64,000 nucleotides of DNA from Bdellovibrio sp. (GTDB lineage Bacteria > Bdellovibrionota > Bdellovibrionia > Bdellovibrionales > Bdellovibrionaceae). Below, piece by piece: positions 28,097-38,312 of this stretch (its first letter is position 1; every line of letters begins with the position of its first letter). Location of the stretch: positions 320,001 through 384,000 of the forward strand of contig JAKFBS010000002.1 of the NCBI GenBank assembly GCA_036677065.1, given 5' to 3'. A model generated the notes under the pieces. It searched no databases. It saw only the letters and a program-made list of their open reading frames with translations, and was not told where the DNA came from. The translations under genes and the position numbers were made by a program.

Positions 28097-30547
28097 TTAT
28101 TGGCAAGCTTCGCAAGCTTCAGGGTTTTCGATACTGCAAGCAATCACTTCTGAATCTGAGTACTCTTTTTTAGGAGCGGCAACAGCTGCTGCATCCATCG
28201 CTGGAATGTCAGTTTTTACAGAATTGTTACCAGACGACTTAGTTGTTGTCGTTTTTGCGATTGAAGTCGCTGGACGAGAACGTAAGTAATAAGTTGTTTT
28301 GATTCCGCGTTTCCATGCGTACATGTACATTGAAGATAATTTACCGATCGTTGGCGATTCAGAGAATAAGTTCAATGATTGTGATTGATCGATAAACGCG
28401 CCACGATCAGCACCCATATCAATTAATGCTTTCATCGGAACTTCCCAAACAGTGCGGTAAAGTTCTTGAACGTCAGCAGGAATCGTCGTTAAGCCCTGGA
28501 TAGAACCTTCGCTTAATTTGATTTCATTGCGTAAATCTTCATTCCAAAGACCGCGTTCTTTTAAGTCTTGCACTAAGTATTTGTTTACTTGCATGAATTC
28601 ACCAGAAAGTGTTTCACGTTTAAATAAATTAGATACTTGAGGCTCAGTCGCTTCGTAACAACCAACGATTGAAGCGATCGTTGCTGTTGGGGCAATCGCG
28701 ATCATTAATGAATTGCGAAGACCCGTTTTTTTAATCTTAGCTTTGAGAGCGTTCCAACGAGTTTCGTCAGTTGGTTTAACATTCCAAAGATCAAATTGTA
28801 AAATGCCTTGAGCGGCTTTTGTATCAGCAAACGCACCATGAGGTCCGTGGGCTTCAGATAATTCAGCACTTGATGTTAAAGCGTTGAAATAAATTTCTTC
28901 TTGAATGCGTGCAGATAGCTTCATTGCTTCAGCAGAATCGAAAGGTAATTTTAACTGAAAGAAAGCATCTTGAAGACCCATGATACCAAGACCAACCGGG
29001 CGCCATTTATGATTTGAATCTTTTGCTGTATCGATCGGGTAGAAGTTAATATCAACTACGCGGTCTAAGTACTTAACAGCTGCACGCACAGTTTTAGCTA
29101 ATTTATCGAAATCAAATTGGCCATTAACAATGTGACGACCTAAATTCACAGAACCTAAGTTACAAACTGCAGTTTCTTTTGCTGAAGTTACTTCTAAAAT
29201 CTCTGTGCAAAGATTTGATAAGTGAATCACGTTTTCGGGTTTACCAGTTTGATTCGCTTTCATGTTAGAAGCATCTTTGAATGTCATCCAACCATTACCA
29301 GTTTGCGCTAAAGTCTTCATCATACGGGCGTATAAATCGCGCGCTTTAAGTTGTTTAACGTATTGTTTTTTCTCTTCGGCAGCAATGTAGGCTGTTTCGA
29401 ATTCTGGACCATAAATATCTACGAAGTGCGGAACAACACGTGGGTCAAATAAAGACCACATGCCATCAGCTTCTACGCGTTTCATGAATAAATCTGGAAC
29501 CCAGTTAGCCATGTTTAAGTTGTGAGTACGTTTTTGGTCGTCCCCTGTGTTGTCACGTAACTCAAGAAATTCTTCAACGTCAGCATGCCATGTTTCTAAG
29601 TAAACACATGCAGCGCCTTTACGTTTTCCGCCTTGGTTAACTGCAGCTACAGAAGAATCCATAGTTTTTAACCATGGAATAATACCATTAGAGTGGCCGT
29701 TAGTTCCTTTAATTAAAGATCCGCGTGAACGTACGCGAGAGTACGCAACACCGATGCCGCCAGCAAATTTAGATAATAAAGCGATATCACGGTATTTATC
29801 GTAAATAGCGTTAAGATCATCTGCCGGAGAATCTAATAAATAACAAGAGCTCATCTGAGGGCGAAGAGTTCCAGAGTTAAATAAAGTCGGCGTCGAAGGC
29901 ATGTAATCATGCGAAGAAATCAATTTATAGAATTCAATCGCTTCAACTGGGTTCGTTGAAAGACCGCAAGCCACACGCATAAAGAAATACTGAGGAGTTT
30001 CTAAAACTTGGCGTGAAGTCGGGTTTTTTAATAAATAACGATCATATACAGTACGTAATCCGAAATATTCAAAACGATCTGTTTTGTAGTGTTCGATCGC
30101 AGCACAAAGTTCTGTTTTGTGAGCCATTACGAATTTGTGAGTCGTTTCTGATAAAAGACCGTTTGTGAAACCAAATTGCACAGAATCAGCGAAAGAGCCG
30201 ATTTTTTGCGATTTAACTTCTTCATCAATATATGTAGATAATAAACGGGCTGCTAGGCGAGAGTACTCAGGATCTTCACCGATAAGCAAAGAAGCTGTTT
30301 GAATACATAAGTTGTCTAGTTCTTTAGTTGTAGCGCCGTCATATAGACCGCTAATAGCTTTTGTAGCCACACGTAATGGATCGATTTGCTGTAAGCCTTG
30401 AGCGTTACGGCTAACGCGCTCAACGATCTTAGTAACGTCAACCGGCTCTAATGTGCCGTCACGTTTTTTAACTCTCATCATATGAGAGCCAGTGTTTGCA
30501 CTGTGGTTAGTATTCATTCCTGCGTTCATCGTATTATTTGTCGTCAT
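28097..30547 (-). CDS. nrdA: Ribonucleotide reductase class I alpha subunit with ATP cone
   Basis: VKKRDG ATP cone, PTLFN, SSC, SNLCTE, PTAT, TTYYLR, C-terminal CEAC. Confidence 0.96.
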   Translation of the reverse strand: MTTNNTMNAGMNTNHSANTGSHMMRVKKRDGTLEPVDVTKIVERVSRNAQGLQQIDPLRVATKAISGLYDGATTKELDNLCIQTASLLIGEDPEYSRLAARLLSTYIDEEVKSQKIGSFADSVQFGFTNGLLSETTHKFVMAHKTELCAAIEHYKTDRFEYFGLRTVYDRYLLKNPTSRQVLETPQYFFMRVACGLSTNPVEAIEFYKLISSHDYMPSTPTLFNSGTLRPQMSSCYLLDSPADDLNAIYDKYRDIALLSKFAGGIGVAYSRVRSRGSLIKGTNGHSNGIIPWLKTMDSSVAAVNQGGKRKGAACVYLETWHADVEEFLELRDNTGDDQKRTHNLNMANWVPDLFMKRVEADGMWSLFDPRVVPHFVDIYGPEFETAYIAAEEKKQYVKQLKARDLYARMMKTLAQTGNGWMTFKDASNMKANQTGKPENVIHLSNLCTEILEVTSAKETAVCNLGSVNLGRHIVNGQFDFDKLAKTVRAAVKYLDRVVDINFYPIDTAKDSNHKWRPVGLGIMGLQDAFFQLKLPFDSAEAMKLSARIQEEIYFNALTSSAELSEAHGPHGAFADTKAAQGILQFDLWNVKPTDETRWNALKAKIKKTGLRNSLMIAIAPTATIASIVGCYEATEPQVSNLFKRETLSGEFMQVNKYLVQDLKERGLWNEDLRNEIKLSEGSIQGLTTIPADVQELYRTVWEVPMKALIDMGADRGAFIDQSQSLNLFSESPTIGKLSSMYMYAWKRGIKTTYYLRSRPATSIAKTTTTKSSGNNSVKTDIPAMDAAAVAAPKKEYSDSEVIACSIENPEACEACQ

Positions 30548-30731
30548 GACAATTCCCCTCGTTTGTCTTTTAGATCCCCATCCAAAAGACAGTAAACAGC
30601 ACCCTTTGTTTTTCCCCCTCGGAAAAACAACGATTAGATAAGTCTAGTTATAATGTTTCAAGAAAATTTTAGTTGACCGTCCTAGCCAACTTCGCGAACC
30701 CCTTCAAGTATAGCTTCGACATACTGTCGAA

Positions 30732-30747
30732 TCACTACATCTAGTGG
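30732..30747. promoter_or_regulatory. NrdR box
   Basis: TCACTACATCTAGTGG vs consensus acaCwAtATaTwGtgt, upstream of nrdA. Confidence 0.75.
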
Positions 30748-31023
30748 TGCAATTCCCAGCCCCATCCTATGGGCCGTGTTTGTTCTTAAAATAAGGTTGA
30801 TTGAAATTAATCAAACAATCAAACATTTTTCTTTCTTTTTTTAATTTATTTTTAAAGGTCCTGCTGGAAATCTAGGCATGCGCAATGCGAAAAGTGAATA
30901 AAAACAAAACTTAAGTCGAGGAGTTTTCTCTCTCGAGAAATGGTGTCAATCGCAAAATTTAGGGTTTTTTTAGGGGTCTGTGTAACGATAAAATTTCAGA
31001 TTCTTACATGATCTAAAATTTAG

Positions 31024-32016
31024 CTATATGCGCTCAACTCTTAAACGCATTTCTTCAAATAAAATGTTGTCATTTTCGTTCTGATTATTCAAATGGCAAC
31101 CTTGATAGATTTTTGACTCGCGAAAGCGGTCAATAATGTACTGATGTGTTCCCATTTTGTCCGATGTCCACTTAGGCGCGATCAATTCATCCCAACGAGA
31201 CGCAAACGCCGCTAATCGATGAACCGCGATGCGTGGGTGAAGGTAAGACATAAATAATTTTACGCGCTCAGTGTATTGTTCGCGTTCGATCGGCGTAAAA
31301 CGCCCTTCAGCATGCCACTTAGCAAGCTCGGTGTTTGTTAAAACATGTAGATTATGAAGTTTTACGTTTGTGATCGGCAGATCATTGCAGATTAAAGCCT
31401 GCTGTTTGATTTCTTCTTCAGTCTCATTCGGTGAACCAATAATTAAATGGATTCCTAAATCAACGGCAGTCGTATTTGCGATTTTATCAATAGCTTTTAA
31501 TGAATCGGCTGCCGTATGGCCACGTTGCATGAACTCTAAATGATGATCATAAAAGCTCTGCACGCCTAGTTCTACAGCCACAAATGATTTTTGATAGTAC
31601 TCTTGCCATAGGTTTAACACCGCTGGAGATAAGCAATCCGGACGGGTGCCTACGACAAAGCCTTTAACAAAAGGGTAGGATAAGGCGGTATCAAAATTTT
31701 CACGTAAAGCTGAAACTTTTGTGAAGGTATTTGTGTAAGCCTGGAAATAAACTAAGAATTTTTTAGAATTATACTCTTCGCCGATTTGAACCTGGTATTT
31801 TTCGATTTGTTCGCGCAAACCCATGGTAAAAGATTCTTCGCGCGCCGCTGATCCCCAGACATCGCAAAAGCTGCAGGTTTTCATGCCTTTTAAACCCATG
31901 CGATTAGGGCAGTCATCAACAACCGTCACAGGTATTTTGTAAACCTTCTCTCCGAAGATTCTTTTGTAGTGCTCAGCAATACTGTGATAGGGTAATCCCC
32001 GCCAGCCTTTTTCCAT
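31024..32016 (-). CDS. TIGR01212 radical SAM protein (YhcC/YtqA-like)
   Basis: CPNR...CSFC, VYFQAYTNT, GTRPDC, ELGVQS, RGH, KLHNLH. Confidence 0.88.
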   Translation of the reverse strand: MEKGWRGLPYHSIAEHYKRIFGEKVYKIPVTVVDDCPNRMGLKGMKTCSFCDVWGSAAREESFTMGLREQIEKYQVQIGEEYNSKKFLVYFQAYTNTFTKVSALRENFDTALSYPFVKGFVVGTRPDCLSPAVLNLWQEYYQKSFVAVELGVQSFYDHHLEFMQRGHTAADSLKAIDKIANTTAVDLGIHLIIGSPNETEEEIKQQALICNDLPITNVKLHNLHVLTNTELAKWHAEGRFTPIEREQYTERVKLFMSYLHPRIAVHRLAAFASRWDELIAPKWTSDKMGTHQYIIDRFRESKIYQGCHLNNQNENDNILFEEMRLRVERI

Positions 32017-32028
32017 AGGGGATTTATA

Positions 32029-32742
32029 GTGGATCTAAAATCTTTTGTCATTGAATTAACAGGTGATGGAAGTCCTACATTGCGACTTAAAAAATCCTCG
32101 TCTGAAAAACAGGCTGAATCCATGCATCACTCAGGCGGAGCTGCTGCTGAAACGCTTTATATCTATACAGAGCCATTTAGAAAGACATTGTCTGTCTTTA
32201 AACATGAAAATCTATCTATTGGTGTTGTTGGCCTTGGTTTGGGCTATATCGAGCTTTCGATGGTGCCATCGCTAACAACAGCAAAGCTGGTTAGTTTTGA
32301 AAAAGAGCAAGAACTCGTAGAAAGCTTCAAAACCTGGGTGCATGGTCAGAAAAATAAGACTTACGATTTAATTTGTGAAAAACTTAAGGTTGATAAATCA
32401 TCTGTGTTGAAAAAGTTAAATTCATTAGACTGGGTCTGCGAAGGTGAATTAACGGCTGAAACTAAAATAAACAATCCTTTTAATTTTATCGCTTACGATG
32501 CTTTTAGCCAGTTTACCGATGGTCCATTGTGGACCGATGCTTTTTTAGATTTTTTTCTTACAAATTTGTGCGCAAAAGACTGTGTGTTTGCAACTTATGC
32601 CTGTACAGGTTTATTAAAACGGGCGCTGCTTAGAAATAATTTTGTCTTTATCAAGCGCCCTGGGTTTACCGGAAAACGCGATGCTACCTTAGCACTTCGC
32701 GGAGAATTTATTTCTCATCAACATCTTTTCCAAAACGCTTAA
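32029..32742 (+). CDS. Stand-alone MnmC-type tRNA methyltransferase domain
   Basis: TGDGSPTL, ESMHH..GA..E..YIY, GLGLGY, YDAFS, FATYA, GF.GKR. Confidence 0.8.
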   Translation: MDLKSFVIELTGDGSPTLRLKKSSSEKQAESMHHSGGAAAETLYIYTEPFRKTLSVFKHENLSIGVVGLGLGYIELSMVPSLTTAKLVSFEKEQELVESFKTWVHGQKNKTYDLICEKLKVDKSSVLKKLNSLDWVCEGELTAETKINNPFNFIAYDAFSQFTDGPLWTDAFLDFFLTNLCAKDCVFATYACTGLLKRALLRNNFVFIKRPGFTGKRDATLALRGEFISHQHLFQNA

Positions 32743-33532
32743 TGTAGTCCATAACAAGCGCTTGCATTTCATCATTCAAATTAACGAACTTTAATCCCAC
32801 GTAGCCGTCAAGGCCTGCATAGGTTACTTCGGCAGTTAATGTTAGCGGAGAATAAAAATGCGGGCTTGTTAATTGACCGTGAATGGTTTCGCCTAACTTT
32901 AATTCAAAATTATCAGTAATTCCCATGCCATTATGGCTGATCGTGATTACACGAGCATTAATTTTGTTTCCAGATCCGACAAGTGATCCGCTAAATTGCG
33001 CAAGGATTGGAACGCGTTGATTTTCTCTGCGCGTAAGACCTAAGCGTTGCACGATATCCGGCATTGAGTAGATTTCTTTCCATTCTTTTTCTTTTTTATC
33101 GAAAATTGAAATTTTAGAGACGTCTTCTTGTTTTGCTGTAAAAGTCGTTAACTCTTCTTTAGTCATTTCACCTTTGTCGACAAAGTCATACTGTACGCGA
33201 AATTTTTCAACGGTGTGTGCTTTGATATCTTCAATCACATCAGCCTTTGAAACGCGTGCGGGTTTATCGAAAATACTTTTCGGCGGCGGTGTGTAGGTGG
33301 CCTCAGCTGACCGTGCTTCTGTTGAAGAAACCATTTGGGCTTGGTTTTGCGCGGGCGTGGGAGCATTTGCTTCCGGGTTCCATTTATCGGCACGGATCCA
33401 TTCCGAATAACCACGTGACCATAAAAATGTCGTTTGCATCTGATCGTTAAGACTATGCATTTGATCTTTAATTTCTTCAGTCGAAAAAGGGCCTTTAATA
33501 AAGTTATTAGCGTTAATAAACCATTTATTCAT
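32708..33532 (-). CDS. GYF_2 (DUF4339) + PilZ domain protein
   Basis: W.....GPFS, WSRGYSEW; RRENQR and TISHNGMG PilZ motifs, VGLKF. Confidence 0.82.
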   Translation of the reverse strand: MNKWFINANNFIKGPFSTEEIKDQMHSLNDQMQTTFLWSRGYSEWIRADKWNPEANAPTPAQNQAQMVSSTEARSAEATYTPPPKSIFDKPARVSKADVIEDIKAHTVEKFRVQYDFVDKGEMTKEELTTFTAKQEDVSKISIFDKKEKEWKEIYSMPDIVQRLGLTRRENQRVPILAQFSGSLVGSGNKINARVITISHNGMGITDNFELKLGETIHGQLTSPHFYSPLTLTAEVTYAGLDGYVGLKFVNLNDEMQALVMDYIKRFGKDVDEK

Positions 33533-34691
33533 GAACTTCCTCGTTTAAAAATTTTAAAATCTCATTTTTTTGATTTAAACAATCACTGTGCCCCATTGAA
33601 ATCAAATTGTTGCAGAAGTCACTGTCAAATAAAAGATAACTTAAAAGTTCACTCGCTTCATCTAGATTACCAAAAGCATTTATCGTCATGCGCAAAATAC
33701 GAGGAATGTGATGAGCTTTAGTGCGCGCCAGTTCGCCAATATCCTGGCTTGGCGAAATGCAAATTGCCGGAATTTTTTTAAGGGTGTTGGCTTTAAAATG
33801 TGTGTTGCTTGCGGTGGCTTCGTCGTAAAGATCATTTAATCTTTGAATGCGATGAACATCTTGTTCAACTGAATCAAGCATCACAGCATTCAATAACGTA
33901 TTCAGGATTCGCACCATTGAGGCTTCGTGTATTTCTTTTGAATTTTCTTTGAGCGGAGCGCCGCCGCTGCTGTTCGCAGATCTAACGCCGATCACCAAAA
34001 GTTTGTTCGCCCCCATGCGAATTGAAGGGCTGCAGGGTGTGCTATTGCGAACACAGCCATCGCCGTAAGGCTCGCCATTGATTTGAATCGGCGGAAACAG
34101 CATCGGAATCGCTGAACTGGCTAAGATGTGTTCTGATGTTAATTGTGAGTGAACAGCTTTTCTGCGGATTTCTTTCCACTTGAGCATCGATTCGTTTACG
34201 CGTGAAGCGGTTTGAACAAAGCTTACAGCGCTATTTCTAGAATAGTTGTTCGCCGTAATGATTACGCTATCAAATAACCCTTTTTCTAGATTTGGTTGCA
34301 CATTTGAAAAATCGCAATTTTTATCAATCAGATTTTTAAGTGGTGAAGTGTCTAATAAGGAATTAAACGTCTTTTTCTTTCCTAATAAGGCACCTAGCCC
34401 GAGCGTGTTTAAAGACATAATATCGGCTTTAAATACCTGATCAGTTTTAATCTTTGCCCAGAGTTGTACTAATTCAACAACGGCTGAGTGAAAATCCTTG
34501 GTCGTCGATGCAAGTTTAGCCGTGTTAATTGCGCCGGCACTGGTGCCGGATAAAATGCGAAAGGGTGGCTCGATTTTTTCTTTTTTTAAAATTTCAGATA
34601 TTCCCTGAAGGACTCCGACTTGATAGGCTCCGCGGGCACCACCGCCAGATAAAACTAAGGCTGTATTGTTACTCATAGTCATAGTCTTCAC
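33525..34691 (-). CDS. Patatin-like phospholipase
   Basis: LSGGGARGAY, GTSAG, ASSAIP, GDG; true start may be ATG 34676 or 34682. Confidence 0.9.
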   Translation of the reverse strand: MKTMTMSNNTALVLSGGGARGAYQVGVLQGISEILKKEKIEPPFRILSGTSAGAINTAKLASTTKDFHSAVVELVQLWAKIKTDQVFKADIMSLNTLGLGALLGKKKTFNSLLDTSPLKNLIDKNCDFSNVQPNLEKGLFDSVIITANNYSRNSAVSFVQTASRVNESMLKWKEIRRKAVHSQLTSEHILASSAIPMLFPPIQINGEPYGDGCVRNSTPCSPSIRMGANKLLVIGVRSANSSGGAPLKENSKEIHEASMVRILNTLLNAVMLDSVEQDVHRIQRLNDLYDEATASNTHFKANTLKKIPAICISPSQDIGELARTKAHHIPRILRMTINAFGNLDEASELLSYLLFDSDFCNNLISMGHSDCLNQKNEILKFLNEEVHE

Positions 34692-34839
34692 TAGAGATTG
34701 GCCATTTGTCAGTAGTCACAAATCAGTGACTAGACTTCAGACCCGTTAAGCAAGAGATGTCACTGTCTCAGGGTGATCCGATAAATTGTGTGAATTTGCA
34801 TCAGCTTGAGACATTTTCTGTCTCGTTTTAAGAGTAGAG

Positions 34840-34856
34840 TTGGCACCTTTGTTGTA
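34840..34856 (+). promoter_or_regulatory. Sigma54-like promoter
   Basis: TTGGCACCTTTGTTGTA upstream of 34898. Confidence 0.6.
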
Positions 34857-34897
34857 TCTCTAAGAAATATAGGTCTTAACGAAAAAGCGAGGTTTTT

Positions 34898-35461
34898 ATG
34901 AAAAACTTAAACTTAAACAAAACGATTCTCTTATTGTTACTAGCAACATTTGCTTTTTCGGGTTTATCTTGCGCAAAAAAAGAATCAAAAATTCGCGGCG
35001 CCAAAACAAGTCAACAAGTGATGAATCCCCAAGTTACAAACCAATCAATCACTGTCGCAGAAACACAAGATATCAGTTATATGTTAAATTCAGTTTCTGT
35101 TCCTGAAGCAAACCAAGATGGATCAAACACAGTAACTTCTGAAATCGTGAGTCGCGCTTCTAACTTTATTCCTATATATACAACCCACACTGAAAACCAA
35201 GATTCTTATGGCATTCATGACGATGCTTCTCAGGGCACTAAACTAGATATCCGTGCTCGTTGTATCGGCGCTGCCTGCGAAAAATACGTGCTTTTAGTGA
35301 CAGTAGTTAAAAATGGGTATGCTTATCATCAGATGGCAGCAATTTCGTTTAAGGATGATAACTTTTTCTATGTCGAACAAAGAAATTACCGTGTTGCTCA
35401 AATGTATAAAAACGTGGATGAAGTGCTAGCACAAAACGCAAATCTACAAGCCGGAAACTAA
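34898..35461 (+). CDS. Hypothetical lipoprotein
   Basis: Lipobox LSC, GAGG SD. Confidence 0.75.
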   Translation: MKNLNLNKTILLLLLATFAFSGLSCAKKESKIRGAKTSQQVMNPQVTNQSITVAETQDISYMLNSVSVPEANQDGSNTVTSEIVSRASNFIPIYTTHTENQDSYGIHDDASQGTKLDIRARCIGAACEKYVLLVTVVKNGYAYHQMAAISFKDDNFFYVEQRNYRVAQMYKNVDEVLAQNANLQAGN

Positions 35462-35496
35462 TTGTTCTTCTTAAAATAAATCTATAAGCTGATGGA

Positions 35497-36144
35497 ATGT
35501 CTGAATTAATACATTCCATTTTGAATCTTGATCAAACTCTAAATCTTTGGCTTCAGCTTTACGGATCAGGTGTATATCTGGTTTTGTTTTTAATTATCTT
35601 TGCTGAAACAGGTCTGGTCATTATGCCATTCTTGCCAGGTGATTCTTTGCTATTTGCAGCCGGTGCGCTGTGTGCGATTAATCCCGTTGATTTAAAAATT
35701 GAGTTTTTAATCCCTTTGTTGATCTGTGCATCTTTGATAGGTGATAGTTTAAACTATTATGTGGGTCTTAAATATGGTCGAAGACTCTTTGAATCTAAAC
35801 ACTCGCTAAGTTTTCTATTTTCACCAAAGTATCTTCAGGCTACAGAAGAGTTCTATATAAAGAAGGGCTTATGGGCGGTTTCTCTTGCGCGTTTTTTCCC
35901 CATCATTAGAACTTTTGCTCCGTTTGTAGCAGGTCTTACAAAGATGCCTTATAAGGTTTTTGTTAAAATGTCGATTTTAGGATCTATTGCCTGGGTGAGC
36001 ATTTTTGCTACCGCTGGGTATCTATTTGGCCAAATTCCCTTCGTCCAAAACAACTTCACAGTCCTCGTCATGGGCGTGGTTGGGTTGTCATTGACACCAT
36101 TTTTAGTAGGTATAATTAAGCGAACATTCGTGAAAAGTTTATAA
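35497..36144 (+). CDS. dedA: DedA/VTT family membrane protein
   Basis: FAETGL..PFLPGDSLLF, GD..NY, RFFPIIRTFAPFVAG. Confidence 0.92.
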   Translation: MSELIHSILNLDQTLNLWLQLYGSGVYLVLFLIIFAETGLVIMPFLPGDSLLFAAGALCAINPVDLKIEFLIPLLICASLIGDSLNYYVGLKYGRRLFESKHSLSFLFSPKYLQATEEFYIKKGLWAVSLARFFPIIRTFAPFVAGLTKMPYKVFVKMSILGSIAWVSIFATAGYLFGQIPFVQNNFTVLVMGVVGLSLTPFLVGIIKRTFVKSL

Positions 36145-36200
36145 ACTAAGCACAATTTATGTTTTTTTCACTAAATTAGAGTTGAATTGACCCCAAATAA

Positions 36201-36216
36201 TGGCACTATCTTTGCG
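36201..36216 (+). promoter_or_regulatory. Sigma54-like promoter
   Basis: TGGCACTATCTTTGCG, canonical GG-N10-GC. Confidence 0.7.
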
Positions 36217-36281
36217 ATCAACCTATCTAAAAGGCTAGGTCCTAATTTTTGGATAATAAACAATACTTAAGGGGGAATTAA

Positions 36282-37313
36282 GTGAAACTAAATCTAATCG
36301 CGGCATTATTATTATGCGCATCGGTAGCAACAGCTGCCTCAGAAACAACAACTACAACGACAACAACTACAGCAGCTCCGGCTACTGAAGCTCCTGCAAA
36401 AGCTATTAAAAAAGCTAAGAAAAAAGCAGCAGCTAAAAAAGAAGAAAAGAAAGATAGCGCGACAGTAGCTCCAGCTACTACAGCTCCAGCAGCAGTTATC
36501 GCTCCAGCAGCGGCAACTTCAACTGCAGCAGCTCCTGCGGTACAAGCTCCAGCTAAAAAATGGGGTGTAACTTTACTTAACGAAATCGATGCTGACTATG
36601 CTCAAGGTAAAGATTTATCTAACAAAGGTGTAACTACAATTAACTACGTAGCTGGTTCTTATAAAATCACTGCGACTGAAAAAGTTGGCTTACGTCAATA
36701 TTACACATACGACTACAATCCTAAATCTGAAGAAGATTTCAAATCTTCAGACATCAAACAATCATTCACAGTAGCGACTATCGGTACTAAAATGAAAGGT
36801 ATCTTAGGTTCTGATGATATCGCTCCAATGTTCTGGTACTACATGCCAGGTCACACAGCTGAAGTAAATAACTTCGGTAAAGACATGGATAATTTCGCAG
36901 GTATCTTACGTATGGATGCTGAGTTGAATTACACATTAAATCCTAAATGGTCTGCTTCTTACTACTTAAATCCACGTCAAACTTTAGGTGCGACTGATAC
37001 AGAAGCTAACTTTGAAGCGACTTCTCGTTTAATTCACTACGCTAACTTATACTACAATGTATCTGATGCGACTCAAATCTATGCTAACGCTGGTTTTGAC
37101 CACAAAATGGCTACGGCTAACTTAACTTCAACTTCTGATTACTACTTATCAGCAGTTGGTTTTTCTACTTCTTTCTTTGGTGGTAAATTAACTTTAAATC
37201 CAGAAGTTAACGTTACAACAGCTTTAAAAACTAAAGGTGCTGCTACTAAATCTCAAGAATTATACAAAAAAGAAAATATCGCTTACGCATTCGTAACTGT
37301 TATTGCTCTTTAA
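36282..37313 (+). CDS. Probable abundant outer membrane beta-barrel protein with T/A/K/P-rich N-terminal linker
   Basis: Signal peptide, low-complexity linker, Tyr-rich amphipathic strands, strongly biased codons, own terminator. Confidence 0.7.
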   Translation: MKLNLIAALLLCASVATAASETTTTTTTTTAAPATEAPAKAIKKAKKKAAAKKEEKKDSATVAPATTAPAAVIAPAAATSTAAAPAVQAPAKKWGVTLLNEIDADYAQGKDLSNKGVTTINYVAGSYKITATEKVGLRQYYTYDYNPKSEEDFKSSDIKQSFTVATIGTKMKGILGSDDIAPMFWYYMPGHTAEVNNFGKDMDNFAGILRMDAELNYTLNPKWSASYYLNPRQTLGATDTEANFEATSRLIHYANLYYNVSDATQIYANAGFDHKMATANLTSTSDYYLSAVGFSTSFFGGKLTLNPEVNVTTALKTKGAATKSQELYKKENIAYAFVTVIAL

Positions 37314-37338
37314 TTTTAACTTAAGTGTTAGAATAAAT

Positions 37339-37366
37339 AAAAAGCCGGTTGAAAAACCGGCTTTTT
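37339..37366 (+). terminator. Intrinsic terminator
   Basis: AAAAAGCCGGTT-gaaa-AACCGGCTTTTT. Confidence 0.88.
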
Positions 37367-37382
37367 GCGTTTTAGATATGTT

Positions 37383-37694
37383 ATGCGCATACGACAAATG
37401 GGATTCTCGTCAAAGCTTAAAGCCCATAAGCATCTACTGACTCTTGAAACTTTAAAATTTATCTCTGAATTTATGGAAGACGGTAATGCCCGTGGCGCAG
37501 CCCTTCGAATTGGCATTCCAGAAACTTATGCTGGTCGCTATGGTCAATGGCTTAAGAAACATAGCTTTGTTAAGCAAGCTATGGAGTCAGAACTAGACGA
37601 CCGCGAACTCTTAAAACTTCGTAAAGCTTTAAGTGAAATCGATCGTCAGATGCAAGTCTGTAAGGATATTTTAAATCTTGAAGAAATCGAGTAA
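37383..37694 (+). CDS. Small HTH/coiled-coil protein (start uncertain)
   Basis: AALRIGI...W HTH-like segment, C-terminal heptad ELLKLRKALSEIDRQMQVCKDIL. Confidence 0.55.
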   Translation: MRIRQMGFSSKLKAHKHLLTLETLKFISEFMEDGNARGAALRIGIPETYAGRYGQWLKKHSFVKQAMESELDDRELLKLRKALSEIDRQMQVCKDILNLEEIE

Positions 37695-37709
37695 GGGCTA
37701 AGAGTAGGT

Positions 37710-38312
37710 TTAGTACTCTTCAGCGCCGTCATCAACTTCGTTAGTTAACGCTTCACCAGCTGGTAAATAGGGTAGGGGATCAATGGGTCCGTCAGCTTTT
37801 CTAATTTCAAAATGCAAATGCGGTCCAGAAGATCTACCGGTATTGCCCAAGGCTCCGATCACATCGCCTTGTTTTACGCGCTGGCCCTCGTAGACGACGA
37901 TCTTATCTAAATGGCCATAAAGCGTAGCCCAGCCATCTTTTTCGACCATAACCATCTTGCCATAACCCTTAAACTCTTTACCTGTGTAGATCACCATGCC
38001 GTCGTGCGAAGACATAACGGCCGTTCCACGTTGCGCAGCTAAATCAATGCCTTTGTGTGGGCGTTTACGCTTACGCGTAACCTTAGGCAAGAATCCGCGC
38101 GACATACGGGCTTCTTGAACAGGCCAGTCAAAGAAGGGCTTTTCTTTAAAGCGTTGTGGTTTACTTTTTTTAAATGAATTGGTGTCTTTATCAATTTCAA
38201 CTTTTACTTCTTCGCCATTTTCGTTTTTTACGGGCGCACTTGTGCAGCCTGATTCAGTAAGTAGAGCTAAAGCAGTGATTGATAAAACTAATAAATTGGA
38301 AAACTTTTGCAT
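37710..38312 (-). CDS. M23 peptidase lipoprotein
   Basis: [20 protein letters not shown]; start reset to ATG 38312 (signal ending SGC). Confidence 0.88.
   Translation of the reverse strand: MQKFSNLLVLSITALALLTESGCTSAPVKNENGEEVKVEIDKDTNSFKKSKPQRFKEKPFFDWPVQEARMSRGFLPKVTRKRKRPHKGIDLAAQRGTAVMSSHDGMVIYTGKEFKGYGKMVMVEKDGWATLYGHLDKIVVYEGQRVKQGDVIGALGNTGRSSGPHLHFEIRKADGPIDPLPYLPAGEALTNEVDDGAEEY

Noticed and set aside
28084..28143. N-terminal extension of NrdB in the ORF track
   Set aside because: It overlaps the nrdA 3' end; ATG 28083 has an SD and gives a typical N-terminus
34714..34731. AGTCAC-N6-GTGACT palindrome as a CRP site
   Set aside because: Half-sites are in the opposite orientation to the CRP consensus TGTGA-N6-TCACA
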